This document shows positions 1-13,100 of a stretch of DNA of 64,000 nucleotides, in pieces. A model generated the notes under the pieces. The model did not search any database and was not told the DNA's origin. It was given only the letters and a program-made list of their open reading frames with translations. The position numbers and the translations under genes are program-made. Each line of letters opens with the position of its first letter. Position 1 is the stretch's first letter. This DNA is from Oopsacas minuta (taxonomy: Eukaryota > Animalia > Porifera), in assembly GCA_024704765.1 (NCBI GenBank), contig JAKMXF010000277.1, positions 62,001 to 126,000 on the forward strand. The letters run 5' to 3'.

Positions 1-2
1 GG

Positions 3-482
3 GCCTCAGAGATTGGCTCTGCAATTGGAGGAGTACCCAGACTCATTATAAGACCATTCGGTAAGCCAGTTCCGGTCGGTACAAATGGTGGTGTTACTCT
101 GTACGGTACTATAGCGAGCTTTATGGGTGGAGGAGTTATCGGTATTGCCTATGTATTGACGGGTATTATATTAAACTTATACATGTCGTATTCTCAAGGC
201 ACGGGAATTAGCTTAGATCTCCAAGGAGTGTACAGAGTATTTCATTTCTTCGCATTCGCAGGAATTGTTGGATTTTTAGGGTCTGCTGTCGATTCATTAA
301 TCGGTGGAACCTTCCAATATTCAGGGATAAACGATAGAACGAATAAAGTGAGTGAGAACAAATCTGAATGCACGCAACATATAAGCGGCTGGGATATCCT
401 TGACAATAACATGGTCAACTTAGTGTCTATTGCTATTGTTACTGTAGCTGTATGCTGTGTACTTTATAAAATGGATCAATAA
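3..482 (+). CDS. TMEM19: TMEM19 / DUF92 membrane protein, 3' part (starts upstream of the window)
   Basis: The frame is open from position 3: ASEIG...PRLI...KPVPVGTNGGVT..G..AS..GG, then GFLGSAVDSLIGGTFQYSG and DILDNNMVN, all typical TMEM19/DUF92 motifs. Stop at 480-482. Confidence 0.88.
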   Translation, partial: ASEIGSAIGGVPRLIIRPFGKPVPVGTNGGVTLYGTIASFMGGGVIGIAYVLTGIILNLYMSYSQGTGISLDLQGVYRVFHFFAFAGIVGFLGSAVDSLIGGTFQYSGINDRTNKVSENKSECTQHISGWDILDNNMVNLVSIAIVTVAVCCVLYKMDQ

Positions 483-1327
483 GTTACCCCATGGATAATT
501 AGAATATTTAATAGTGTATTTTGTTCCCATGTGATTTTATGTGTCAATAACGAATCTATTAAATCTTTGGATATCGGGGAGTACATCCGGAAATATTCTG
601 GGTGAGTTAATATTCCTGCCTGTATTTGGACAAGCTACACCTTTTGGTAAATGGGGTATGGCAAGAAATGTGGAGTATTCTCTGGATACTGTAGGAATAA
701 GAGTTTTCTCAGATTGATGAATTCATTGTTACTGAAATAATGTTTGTACTCATTTTCAGTATATGCAACTAAATTGGTGTGGATATTGTTTTTATGTGCC
801 AACTGTGCCTGACCGTCCCAATACCTTTGGGCAGGCAGGGTGCAAGTGACCAAAATTGACCTGACAACACATCTCTTGGATTATGTAACGCCAAGATCTA
901 TCAGAGTAATCTACACTTGTTTCTTACCAAATCAACTTATCATCCACTAATTGCATATGATTATTGAACACTGCCTCCTATGAACAGAAAGACACCAAGT
1001 CTGTCTGCAACTGAGTCTTACTACTTCACACAATTATGAATTCCTCACTCAAGCATTTCTAGATATGACTGTATAATTCTATTATGGAATTACTGTTTTG
1101 TCTACTATCAAATTACGAACATGATCTTTCAGCCATATGATAGAATATGCTGTTTACCTCACCAGCTAATTGCTAGTGAATTGAATGAGTTGGAGAATAA
1201 CTCTACTTCGCCACAACATTGTTTAACAAGCCTCCAATATATCCTCACCAGACATATTGTCGACCTCTACTCACATTTAAGTGAGCTCTTGATACTCTGA
1301 ATTAAATTACAAAATTAAACCAATATA

Positions 1328-2845
1328 ATGAGTGATAGTTACACTTTGCCAAGGAATTTCCGATTCCAACCAAATGCACAGGTCTCAGCGACTTCGCTTA
1401 CCCAGCATGGGGTGTCTATTCCGAACTTACACCAGGACATGTTAGTAGGAAACGAGATGCAGCGATTCGGAAGCGTCCCTGCTAACCTACAAACTCTTCC
1501 ATTCCAAAATATACCCAGCATCCCAGTGTATACCAACAGCTACCCTTACAATTATCCGAGTCGACCTCTAAGCGCGCCTTCTAGCGCTGCATATCAAATT
1601 CCTACGCCAATCCCTACGCATCTACAGCACCCACAAATGAACTGGAGACGTCCTACTAGTGCGTTCTATCCAGTATCCAGTCCGAACGACTATTTCTACA
1701 CGGGCATACCTGTAACGAGAAGTGCGTCCTATCCTCTGCAACATACGACTCAGAGTCCGCAGAGAAGACACAGCATGCCCGTAAACAAAGGATCGACTTC
1801 TGATGAATCCAATAATAATGTGAAGAAAATCCAATTAGCGAATAAGTTAGAGTTGGAAGAGGTAAAGCTGAACAAAAAATCTCGTGAAGCATACGTTGGT
1901 CTCGTGATTGAAGTATTACCAGAATCATTGGATCAGGATGTTATTCTTGTCGTACAGAGGGTCACGGTCGGAGGTCTATGCCAAAAAGATGGTAGAATAA
2001 AGCGAGGAGATCGTATACTTAAAGTTAACGGGTATCGCGTGAAAGACTTTGACTCGGCTATGGAAAATCTGCGTCAACCAAACGTTACCATAACAGTTGC
2101 CAGAGTCACGAAACAATTCAAACGAGAGCATCTACGGACTGTGTCATGTTCTCTATTCGGATATAAGCCATCTTTGAAGCCTTCAAAAACCACAACAGTC
2201 TTTTCCAGTGGCACACCTCGCCTGGCCAAAGGTGTGAACGAGGTTAAACTAGAGCTCGAGATGATTTCATTATGTAGGCGATTAGAGAGGGTTAAGAAGG
2301 GTAGCAAGAAATCGAAATGGCACAGCTACAACGTTGATAGAGAGGAGTACCTATCACGAAATACGGACAGTAACGTTATCAAAAAGCACCAGAAAAAGGC
2401 CACAAAGCAACAAGGTACAGACGTGAAGAAACGAGCGCTGAAAGTTCAGAAAGTGGAACCAGAACGAAAAGTACTGGATGAGCCATTGAGCAATAAACCA
2501 ATAACTCCATCAAAACGGCCAAAGGCTGCGTACAATAGCAACAACATTTCAAACCCAACTCATCTACAGGTGTACCGCACCATGCCTGTTATGCAACCTC
2601 AGAGATATTGGGTACCCACGGTGTCCAGCCCGCAATATAATCCTATGTACCAAATAAGACAAGTTCCCATCAACTATTCGCCATATCAGAATGGAGGTGT
2701 TTATCAACAAAAAATGAGGTATCCAAAAACCCGACGTACACCTATTCCTGAGTATTTTAAACAAGGAAATAGTCAAGCATCCACCATGAAGAGGTCACCT
2801 ATCAGTAAAAGAAGTTCCAGTGGTGTAGAAGAAACTTTGTTGTAA
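1328..2845 (+). CDS. Intronless 505-aa protein with one PDZ domain flanked by P/S/Q/Y-rich and K-rich low-complexity regions
   Basis: Single ATG-to-stop ORF. PDZ-like segment LEEVKLNKK...GLVI...VVQRVTVGGLCQKDGRIKRGDRILKVNG...VTITVAR. C-terminus EETLL. Confidence 0.8.
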   Translation: MSDSYTLPRNFRFQPNAQVSATSLTQHGVSIPNLHQDMLVGNEMQRFGSVPANLQTLPFQNIPSIPVYTNSYPYNYPSRPLSAPSSAAYQIPTPIPTHLQHPQMNWRRPTSAFYPVSSPNDYFYTGIPVTRSASYPLQHTTQSPQRRHSMPVNKGSTSDESNNNVKKIQLANKLELEEVKLNKKSREAYVGLVIEVLPESLDQDVILVVQRVTVGGLCQKDGRIKRGDRILKVNGYRVKDFDSAMENLRQPNVTITVARVTKQFKREHLRTVSCSLFGYKPSLKPSKTTTVFSSGTPRLAKGVNEVKLELEMISLCRRLERVKKGSKKSKWHSYNVDREEYLSRNTDSNVIKKHQKKATKQQGTDVKKRALKVQKVEPERKVLDEPLSNKPITPSKRPKAAYNSNNISNPTHLQVYRTMPVMQPQRYWVPTVSSPQYNPMYQIRQVPINYSPYQNGGVYQQKMRYPKTRRTPIPEYFKQGNSQASTMKRSPISKRSSSGVEETLL

Positions 2846-3004
2846 CTTCGCGAAATATGTTGTGTTGTATTTTACTAAGAAATTGTAGGAGTTCAGTATT
2901 GTAAATAGATTTGTATATTAGAAATACAAAAGTAACTTCAGATTGAATTTTCATTGAATATAGCTAAACGGTATCAATTTCAAATATCTCAAAATAGCAT
3001 CAAA

Positions 3005-3769
3005 ATGGTTCTAATTGAAGAAGATCTCACTGCCCTACAATTCACATTCTATACATTCATAATCCATGAATTTTTCTTCTTTCTTTTCGTTTCTTTCTAC
3101 AATATAATCGACTACTTTGGGATATTCCCTAATTCCAAGATACGAAAAATCACTCGGCCAAATGATCAACCTAGAAAACTATATTGGTTCACGACCTTGG
3201 GATTCAATCACATAATTATAGGGCTCCCTGGGGCCTACAGTATATATGCTACTTACCAATATGTTGGAGTCCAATTTTCTGGTCCTTTACCTTCATACTC
3301 AACAATTCTCGCTCAGTTCATTGCCTATGCTATAATAGACGACTTCGTTTTCTATTGGGGCCATCGATTAATGCACTTACCATTCCTTTACAAGCATATC
3401 CACAAGCAGCATCATAGTTTCAAGCGGTCCAATGCAATAGCCGGCGAATATTTTCATCCTATCGATTACATAATTTCTGGTATTCTACCGATTATGGTAG
3501 GTACTTTGACTCTCAGGCCACATATATTGGTTGTATGGGGTTGGCTGGTGCTGCGTATTTGGGAGGCTTGTGACGGTCACTCTGGCTATGACCTCATCTT
3601 TGTACCGTTTCGTTATTTCCCATTTCGTCCAGGCGCGCAAGTTCATGATTTCCATCATTCGCAGAATGCTGGCAATTATGGCAGTCTCACTAGTCTCTGG
3701 GATTGGCTATGTGGAACAGATCTATCGTACAAAGATTACATAGCAAGACAGAATATAAAGGTTGAATAA
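3005..3769 (+). CDS. Fatty-acid-hydroxylase/sterol-desaturase family protein, ERG25/MSMO1-like (intronless)
   Basis: Three histidine boxes (HRLMH, HKQHH, HDFHH) plus GEYFHP, GHSGYD and GNYGSLTSLWDWLCGTD. First true ATG at 3005; the ORF-track start at 2954 is TTG. Confidence 0.85.
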   Translation: MVLIEEDLTALQFTFYTFIIHEFFFFLFVSFYNIIDYFGIFPNSKIRKITRPNDQPRKLYWFTTLGFNHIIIGLPGAYSIYATYQYVGVQFSGPLPSYSTILAQFIAYAIIDDFVFYWGHRLMHLPFLYKHIHKQHHSFKRSNAIAGEYFHPIDYIISGILPIMVGTLTLRPHILVVWGWLVLRIWEACDGHSGYDLIFVPFRYFPFRPGAQVHDFHHSQNAGNYGSLTSLWDWLCGTDLSYKDYIARQNIKVE

Positions 3770-4155
3770 TAAGAATGAATTCTAACATTATAATCCGGTT
3801 ATGTTCTACATTATGCATAATTGTATATAACTGGTACGTACTTTTCTAATTTTAATTTTTATAAAAGTATTTATTTGAAGTGTTATTATTGATGCATTTT
3901 TAAATATAGGCCAGCTTTTCCGTCTGCTTTTGAGCAGATATAGTGCATAGTGCGGGCTTGAAATATGATAGGAAATTCCAGCTGTGTGTCTCGGACAATA
4001 AAATTATCCCGCTAGAAATTTAAAATTTCTGTATAATTCGCCCATAATCTTGTAATTTTGTTTCCCTTTGGAAATTGCCTTGGGCTATTACTGACTATGA
4101 GTTACCTTATAAATTCGTTAGATTTCGCTAGTCGCTGGCAAAATAATTCTAATAG

Positions 4156-7100
4156 ATGGTATTCGAAACTGTATTGGTTGATATCCTCAACCGATTCCTC
4201 AGTCCATACGTGAAGAATTTAGACTCTTCACAGATTCAAGTCAGTGTCTGGTCAGGAGATATTCGTCTAGACAATCTGGAAATCAAAGAAAATGCCTTGG
4301 AACAGTTTGAAATTCCAGTTCGTGTACATTTCGGTTTCTTAGACAAATTCAGAGCAAAGATACCCTGGAAGAATCTTTACAACGAGCCGACTATCGTTGA
4401 AATTGACGTGAGTACTTACGTTGCGAAGGGTGCATTGCAGTTTTCACCCGTCCTAACTATTATCGAACTACTAAGAAAAGTGCCTGCTCAGAAATCCTGG
4501 ATAATCCCTTGATCCAAATATGTCTACAGTATACCCCATGAGTTTATTAGTTATCATTTACTATCTTTTATTTCTCTAGGGTCTCTATATTATCGCTGGA
4601 CCAAATTCAGCATTCAAATTCGATCCAACTAAAGCTGAAGAAGAAGCAAGGAACAAGAAACAGAGGGAATTGGAAAAGTTTAAACGTCTCAAAAAGAATA
4701 AGAAACAAAAGAAAGAAAAACAAGAGGAGGCCCAGGACCAAAGTTTCACAGAGAAAGTCGTTACTCAGGTTCTTATAATTTATTTATTATTCAATCACAC
4801 AGTCAATTCCCTATTGAAGCTCAAGGAACCGCGATAATTACTTCCATATATGATTATCCTTGTTTGATATTACGGGAGTTGACTGTATCTGCCTCACAAA
4901 TGCCCTAATTATTATTGTGACCCATACTTTTCCTAATAAGCATTCAAGCATATTAATTCTATTAATTATTACGCTTGATTTAATAATCAGAGACTAGCTA
5001 TATTCGTTCTATGCAATTATTTTCCATTATCAACATACTAATATACCAAGGATGATATCACGTGGCATACCTCATTATTGAAGACATAGAAAGTTAATTA
5101 GTATAATCATACAAACCAAAACAGGTCATTAAGAATCTACAAGTTACTATCAAGAACATACACATCCGCTATGAAGACACACACACTATCCCAGGTAAGG
5201 TATTCGCAGCTGGAGTCAGTCTCAGTGAACTAATTATGCACAGTGTGGACGGCAACTGGCAAGTAAGTTAATTAAAAATTGAAATTACAACCACCCAATA
5301 TGTATATATTGTAAGCTATATGGCTGATCTAGTGTGGATTATATATAATACTATAGAATTCATAGCTAGGTGGCACAGCTTCTGATTCAGCTAATAGTAT
5401 AATCTACAAACTATTCGACTTGAAATGTCTCGCTCTCTACTGGAATGTCATATCACAATCCTACTACTTGATTAATAATAAGAAAGAGGATCTACTCAAT
5501 GTGTTGAAAACAGATATTGCAGACGTCTCTAGACTACCTACGAATCTCCAATATATATTGATGCCTGTATCAGCTAACGCTAAGGTAAGTGAATTATTGA
5601 TGAGAACAGCATAATTGCCAACTCCCTCCAGGTATCCTTTGATTTATCTGAGTTTTACGGGTGGAATAGGGGAAAAAGCGTGAAATTTCGGGAAATCCTC
5701 TTTCGGCAGGTGAGTTCATATTATTCATTGAAATAGGTACAAATCGATACTAAAGCTGGGCAGGATATCAACATCCCACAAGCCCTTGTCAATATCCAAG
5801 TAAATGAACTGAATCTTAACATATCTATTGAGCAATATAGACAGGTGCTTTCGCTACTTGAAGAGTTTGATCGTCTCAGTAGAAACAAGCCCTACGCTAA
5901 ATTTCGACCTGAAGTTCCTCTGAAGAAACATTCAAAAGAATGGTGGAATTATGCGATCAATTCTGTGTTGTCAGAGATTCGTCCCAAAACTCGTGAATTT
6001 ACATGGGAGCATATCAAACATCATCGTGAGATGTGTAGAAGGTGAGTTTGACAATATATCTATGTGTGTGTCCTAGACCTAAGTAGGCTGTTGAGTTGAT
6101 CTGTGTGGGGAATAAAGTCCACCCAAAGTGACCCTAGTTGCGCTTTCACGATTTGATATTGGCTAATGTGTGCACCAATTCGCAAGATTAATCGCCGTTT
6201 TTCGTTTCAGATATATCGCCAAGTATGAGAAGAAATTACTTTCCACAACTTCCAACCCAGAACGTAGCAAAACCATAGCAATGTTGGAGAAGGAACTCGA
6301 TGTGTTTAATATATTGCTGTGTCGTGAGATTGCAGAAGAGCGAGCTGCTAAATATAAGAAGCAAAAAGCATTGAAAAAGGAACAATCCAAGTCTACTTGG
6401 TCATCATGGCTAGGCTGGGGTGGAAGTGGTAAATCAAAATCAAGAGATGATGACGTAATAATCGGTGACATAAATCTTGGATCAGCTGGAGAACTCGATG
6501 AGGAGAAGAAAAAGTTTTACCAAGCAATTGGATATTCGGAGGGCACAGTGCCTGGTAAAATCAACGCACTTCCCAAGGAGTATGTAGCTTATAAACTGAA
6601 TTTCCACATGAGCAAGTTGATTCTAAATCTACGTGATCAAAATGAAGGTATCGCCAAACTTACAACAGATAATTTCATCACTAATGCTAACTACAGGCCT
6701 ACTGCTAAAGGCTTGAATTTCCACACTGAGGTAAGTTTCTAAGGCATAAGGTATCTTAAGAAGATGGGGCCACTAATTGAATACTTATATTCCAATAGTT
6801 CTCAAGTGTTGTCATAAGCGGATGTCGGCGTGGCACTCAGCGACCTATCATTTTACGCAATACCAGCTCAATGAGGACTAGTACTAATGTTCAACGTCCG
6901 CTATTTGCTCTCAACTTCGAGATGAACCCTCTCAATTCCAAATTAGACTTTAGAATAGGAGCATCTCTACAGCCAATTGAAGTAGTATATGATGCTAAAA
7001 CTATTGATAGTATAATCGGTATGTTCATTATCCCACCAGAGATTCATCTATTGGATCTCCGCAAGGCTGCTCTTGCTACTGTTGAAGATATCAGAACTAT

Positions 7101-10100
7101 GTCTCGTGCTGGACTACAGTTTGCTATTCAGAATCGTACCATCATTGAAATTGAGGCTAGTTAAGTAGTAACTTTAGTCCATGCTGTTCGCAACAATGTA
7201 TCTCATAATTACGAGTATTCCAATTATATTTAGGTTGATATACAAGCACCTTACTTCATAGTACCCGAGAAAGGCGAGTATATGCCTGATACACATAAAA
7301 TGTTAATATTTGACCTCGGCTGTCTACACATCACATCTGATACACAAGATGCTCTCTCACTTGATGTCAATACAGCTACCCAAGAACAATTGGAATCTGC
7401 ATTTTATGACAAATTCAATGTTAGGCTAGATAACCTACAGGCTTTAGTAGCTGCGCCTGGCCAGGACTGGGCGAAAGCCAGACTACAGTATGATGACTTG
7501 AAATTACATCTTATTAAACCTACAGGTATATAGACTACTATTTTAGAAAAGGGCTCAATTTATGAAAATCCGATTTATATAGGATTTGAATTGGCTGTTT
7601 CCAAGAGCTTGATCCCTAACGACACTCGACTTCCTAACCTGAAAGTTAATGGCATTATCAAGGCATTAGAACTAACATTATCAGATCGTAAGATACAGTC
7701 TCTCACTGAGATTATTCTCAGCCTCCCGCTACCACCACCTAGCTTAATTGACCATGCAACACAGGTAGATATACAAACCTTTGGGCAGCATATTCCTTAG
7801 AAAGTAGCTATATACATATTTCACACCTTTTTAGGTAGCTACAATGTCACCACCAATCCAAGCCGCGCATATCCAGCGAGAAGATGAATTCGATAACTTA
7901 TACCAAAATCTAAACCTGAAATCAGCAAATGATATATTCATCAGTGCTGAAGAACTAGATGAGACCTCTGATTTCTTTGACGCCAAGTCACTAGATAGTT
8001 CTAGTGATACAGCTAGCATCACTACAGTATCTTCTACTACTTCATCGGATACTTTTGGAACTGATGAACCTCAGCTGCCAACATATATTAAGGTTTGTTA
8101 TGTTTCTAAATACTGGTATAGCTTTTTGAGTCAAGTAGCGATGTTTCTATAAATCAACCGTTCCTAACCATTTTCACCCGTGGACCTCATGCCGTCGTCC
8201 GTTGACCACCAAGGGTCCATCCACCTCAGGCTAAGAATCGCTTCCCCCTATTTATCCTTAACCAACACAGATAACCTACTTTACATATAAAACGCATAGT
8301 ATATGCTACAATACACCAGCAATATCAGTCACTTAAAATAACGTAATACTATGTACATTGTACGAATACTATAGAATGTTACTAGTTTTCAGCTGCTTCC
8401 TGTTCAGCTGTTAAATCTAAGAACACCTGCTCGAGTGTAGTCTGTGTAACTCCGTAGTTTTCAACAGGATTCTTCGCTTCCTCCATACAAGCGAAAATTT
8501 CTGATAGTTTAGCTGCATGTTGTGGGATTTTAAAGTTAATCATCCCTGTGTGTGACCGAGAAATCTTATTCTCAGGAAATCTAGCAGATATGTGTTGTAT
8601 CAACTCTTCTTGACCCTGTTTACACTTCACTGTCAGTGTGTATCCACTGCCGAATTTGTTCTTCAAGTGTTGTAAAGTACCCAAGCATTTCATCCTACCA
8701 TTAACCATTATCGTCATTCTATGACATAGCGCTTCGCATTCCTCCATACTAAATAACAGTGGAGTAATACATACGAATTGCTTTTTGGAAGGAATCTTAC
8801 CTGTGAGATGTAATGACAATACAATGTCCTTCTTGACTGTATTCCGTGAGTGTGTCCCATAACAATCTCTTAGAGACAGGGTCCATACCAGAAGTAGGTT
8901 CGTCTAACAGGACCAATGGCGGGCCTCCAACCAACGCTATTCCTGTGCATAGTTTCCTCTTGTTACCGCCACTATAACAGAAATTCTATATAACATTTTC
9001 CCTAGCAATTTTGCTCTTGAATGCTTACCTATATGTTCCACATAGTCTATCTTTATACTCGCTTAGATATAGCCTCTCTATGATCTCATTAACAGCCAAG
9101 TTAAGACCTGGTCCTTTCAGACCTCGTATTCTACCGAACATGAGCAACACTTCTCTGCCAGTCATTCTGTCGATCAGTGCGTCGTATTGTGGACAATATC
9201 CCATTAAGTGTGATGCCTATAGAGGTTCAGATTGTTCATGAAATATTTGAGAAATACAAACAGCTATACCTTCTCGATTCCATATCTCAAGTCTATTCCG
9301 TTGATAAACGCTGCCCCTGAAGATATATCTTCGTCTCCTGTTATCATTTTGAATGTACTGCTCTTACCAGCTCCATTCTGTCCAAGCAATCCGAATATTT
9401 CTCCTCGTTTCACTTCTAAGCATAAATCATCTACCGCTACTATTGTTGGAGATCGATCGCACACTGTAAACGTGTTTCTATATACCTAAGAAAGTTATGA
9501 AAAATATCAGATTTTGCCCATATTTGAGCATTCCGTCGAATGGTTAGCCAACCAACTCACTTTCCCAATATTGTAGAGTGTAAGTATATTTCCATCAGGA
9601 TTCCATGTAGTGTAATATGACATGTCCTCTGTTGTGACATTAGCCTGCTCGTTGAGTACATCACTGTCTACAAACGCACCAGTCCCACTTCCATTCGCGT
9701 CGACGATATATCGTGGTCCCATTTTGTGACATGGAGACATTATTAGCTTGAAAATCTTCTGTATAATATCTAAATTGTATACAACATAAACGAAACTTGT
9801 TGAAAGCGAAGTACCCTATTAATGCCTTCTGCGAATAGTCAACTCACTGGATTCTAAGATATATAGTCCAAGCAGAAACACGAAGCCTTCAATCACCATT
9901 GCAATAACAAACCTCCCAATACCTGGAGTCTCCAAAGCCAAAACTACATCTTGGAATGCTATACCACTTAATTTACAGAATTCCCGAGTTTCTGCATTTT
10001 CAGCACAAATATTTTTGTAATAAGTGTTCGCCACCATGTCAGATAAGGCTTGCCCTAGACAGTAGTTGGGCATGAAGAGAAATATCTAGAGAACATAGTG

Positions 10101-13100
10101 TAATTCCCAATTTCCCAACGATTTACATACAAACTTACCCATTTCATGATATCTGATGCATCAGTTAATTGCAAAACTTCCAATAAGAATATAATTAGCA
10201 CTGCAGCACAGCCAGTGGCTATATTGAACAGTACAGTAAGAACGAAAGCTGTGGTCGCTGTATTGAAGAAGTATGAGAACAAATACATCAACGGGATAAT
10301 ACTCCAGCCGTACAGTAGAAGTAGCAAAGCAACTACAGGTAAGTTTTCGTCTTTATAAGCTGGCACTTGAAATGCCGCGAATAGAATTAGGATAAACACA
10401 CAGGGTACAACATAGTTGATAATATCCCATAGGAATCCTGACAACCAGAATGAAGAGAGATGCACACCAGACACTCGCTGTATGTGTTTAGCCTTTGAAG
10501 ATCTTTCGTCTACAACGAATACTACGAAACTGCTGGCTAAGAACGCCATACCGAATACCATGTCAAACGCTACGGAAAATCCAACCCCAATCCTAAGAGA
10601 AAAATACATCAAATTGAATTTTCCCGCCCAAAATCGTGAAGAATGAACTAGACTTACCCTAATAGACTGTCTGCCTGACTTTTAAGATCAGCAGGTAAGG
10701 GAGCATTATACCCTACAATCTCGTCATCCTCACCTCCAGGTATCGACCTTAACAGACTGTTATATACCTGATTAACAGCAAGAGGTAACATGTGATAGCC
10801 TTGATTTGAGAACCAAACAGTTACATTAGGGCCTCTATATTCTGCGCCGAATTGGTAGGACTGATCAACATCAGTGTTAGACAATTTGTTGTATTTCTTT
10901 AGTATAAAGTCTTCCATTTGTGTACCATTGCTCGCGTTCATATACAATATATTAGCAGATGAATTTGTATTGAGATAGGATTGCATTGCTTTATTTCTGG
11001 ATTGTGCTAGAGAGAATGGAACAATTATATATATATATGTATATTGCCCTATTCCAAGAATGCCTCAGATTGACTTAATGCCTACCTGTCGTTGATAAAT
11101 CCGAAATGATTGGAATATTGCTTTCTCTGTACAAATTCGGTGTCATTTGCAAAGCTCTCTGCTCAGACATACCTGGAGCAATTATACTAACAACAAGAGC
11201 TAGTAACGTGAATATACATGGGAGTAGTAACTGTGGGATGATGGCCTTGTAATTTCTCGTTGTGTTATGAATTCGCTTTACAAACATTGCATAGAATTGT
11301 AGGAACCAGAGATTGTGGCCTGTTACAGGTCTCAAACGGTGCGGCTAGAAAGGCAAAAACGTTCGTGAATACAGTGTTAGAATTTGGCGGATATAACGAG
11401 ACATAAGGACTTACAGAACTGAGTGGTGAGATCTCACTGATCTTCTCTTTTGTTGGAGTTTGTCTAGAGTTCTGTATAGCAATCTTAGTGCGTTCAATAG
11501 ACACATTATTTAGTGATATATTCGGGTCAATCTTGTCTATCATGATACTATTAGGCTGAGCATTCCCATTAGAGTTTTCTAAGGCCAGATGTCTTCCTGC
11601 TAATAGTAATTCCAACTCTTCATCCTCTTGAGATCCAACATGCAAGAATACCTCCTCCATTGTTGTAATACTTACTCCATAACTCGTTATTCCATAGTCT
11701 TCTTTGTTGTTTTGTAATATGTCGAACATGGTAGGGAATGCCTGTAAATTCAAGAGTGTATACATCTTTGATTCAACCATGCAAACTGAAAACTCACTTG
11801 ACTCCTATTTTTGGGCAGAATGTATGTCAATTCAGCTCCTATGTTAGACTGTAACTTAGCTTCAGGCACATGTTGAGTAATGAGTTGTGTGATGGCAGGA
11901 ACGTTGCAATTTGGCTCTTTTACACAAGTCATATGATAGCCAACTCCAAACTTTGATTTCAGGAACAAAGGACTCCCACAGCATCTATATATGAAATCCA
12001 AAGTTAAATGCTTCCGAAAATTTCTTCTATACACTTACTTGATTTTTCCAGATGCCATAATTGCTATCCTGTCACCTAAGAAATCAGCTTCATCCATGTA
12101 ATGTGTTGTCAGCATAATTGTTTTGTCTTGTTTGTATCTAAGAAGAAGATCCCATGTATCTCTTCTTGCACCAGGGTCCATGCCTGTTGTTGGCTCATCC
12201 AATATAACAACCTGGAAATGTAGGTAAAAAATCAATTGACTATATGAGGATCGTTTCTACAAACTTACCTTGGATTTTCCAATGAGTGCGATACCAACCG
12301 ACAATTTTCGTTTCATTCCTCCGCTAAGATTCTTTGTGTAGACTCTAGCCTTGTGATAGATGCCTAGTGCAATCATTAATTCAACAGCCTCTTCTTTTAC
12401 ATCTTTCCAACTTAAGCCTTTGAGCATTCCAAAGAACCATAAATGTTCCCTTACCTAGAAAAGACAGCATTCGAATAACTAACCATATTGTGGTGTAGTA
12501 GTTGTAATTTACCGTCATGTTGTCATAGAGTACATCATGCTGTGGACATAGTCCTAGACTCCTTCGGACTTTACTTATCTGGCTACGGATGTCAAAATTG
12601 TTGACTTCTGCAGTCCCAGTACTAGGTGGGTATATCCCTGTCAGCATTGACATCGTTGTAGTTTTACCAGCACCGTTGTGACCTAAAAGAACTGTAATTT
12701 GGTTCTTGTACATCTTGAGGTTGATTCCGTCTACGGCCTTCTTTTTCTTTTGTCCTAGCCCTCCGAAAGTCTAAACATTTCCTAATCAATCTTACATATT
12801 GAATGATTTATCGTTTACTTACCTTGCTTAAGTCTATTATTTCTATGCCAACTTCATTATATTTCGGTTCAGATTCAATGAATTCACTTCTATCCTGTAT
12901 TCTCTTGGTCAATTTCTTTTTCGGCGTGTACCAATAGGATGGCATGCAAAGGAAATAGAATGGCTTTGGTACACCGAAATCTCCAGGAAACACGTTGTCA
13001 ATATACCAAGCAAGAATTGTGTAAAATTTGAAATCAAACCATAGAATAATCAAGACAAACATGAGGGAAAATTGATCACCAGGAATCGGGCTGGTGGACA

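Noticed and set aside
560-1320. Coding-like stretch between TMEM19 and the PDZ gene (minus ORF 635-853; about 50 open codons on the plus strand)
   Set aside because: Every frame is interrupted by stops, there is no true ATG for the ORF and I recognise no motif. It may be a decayed element, but this is not supportable without a tBLASTx search.
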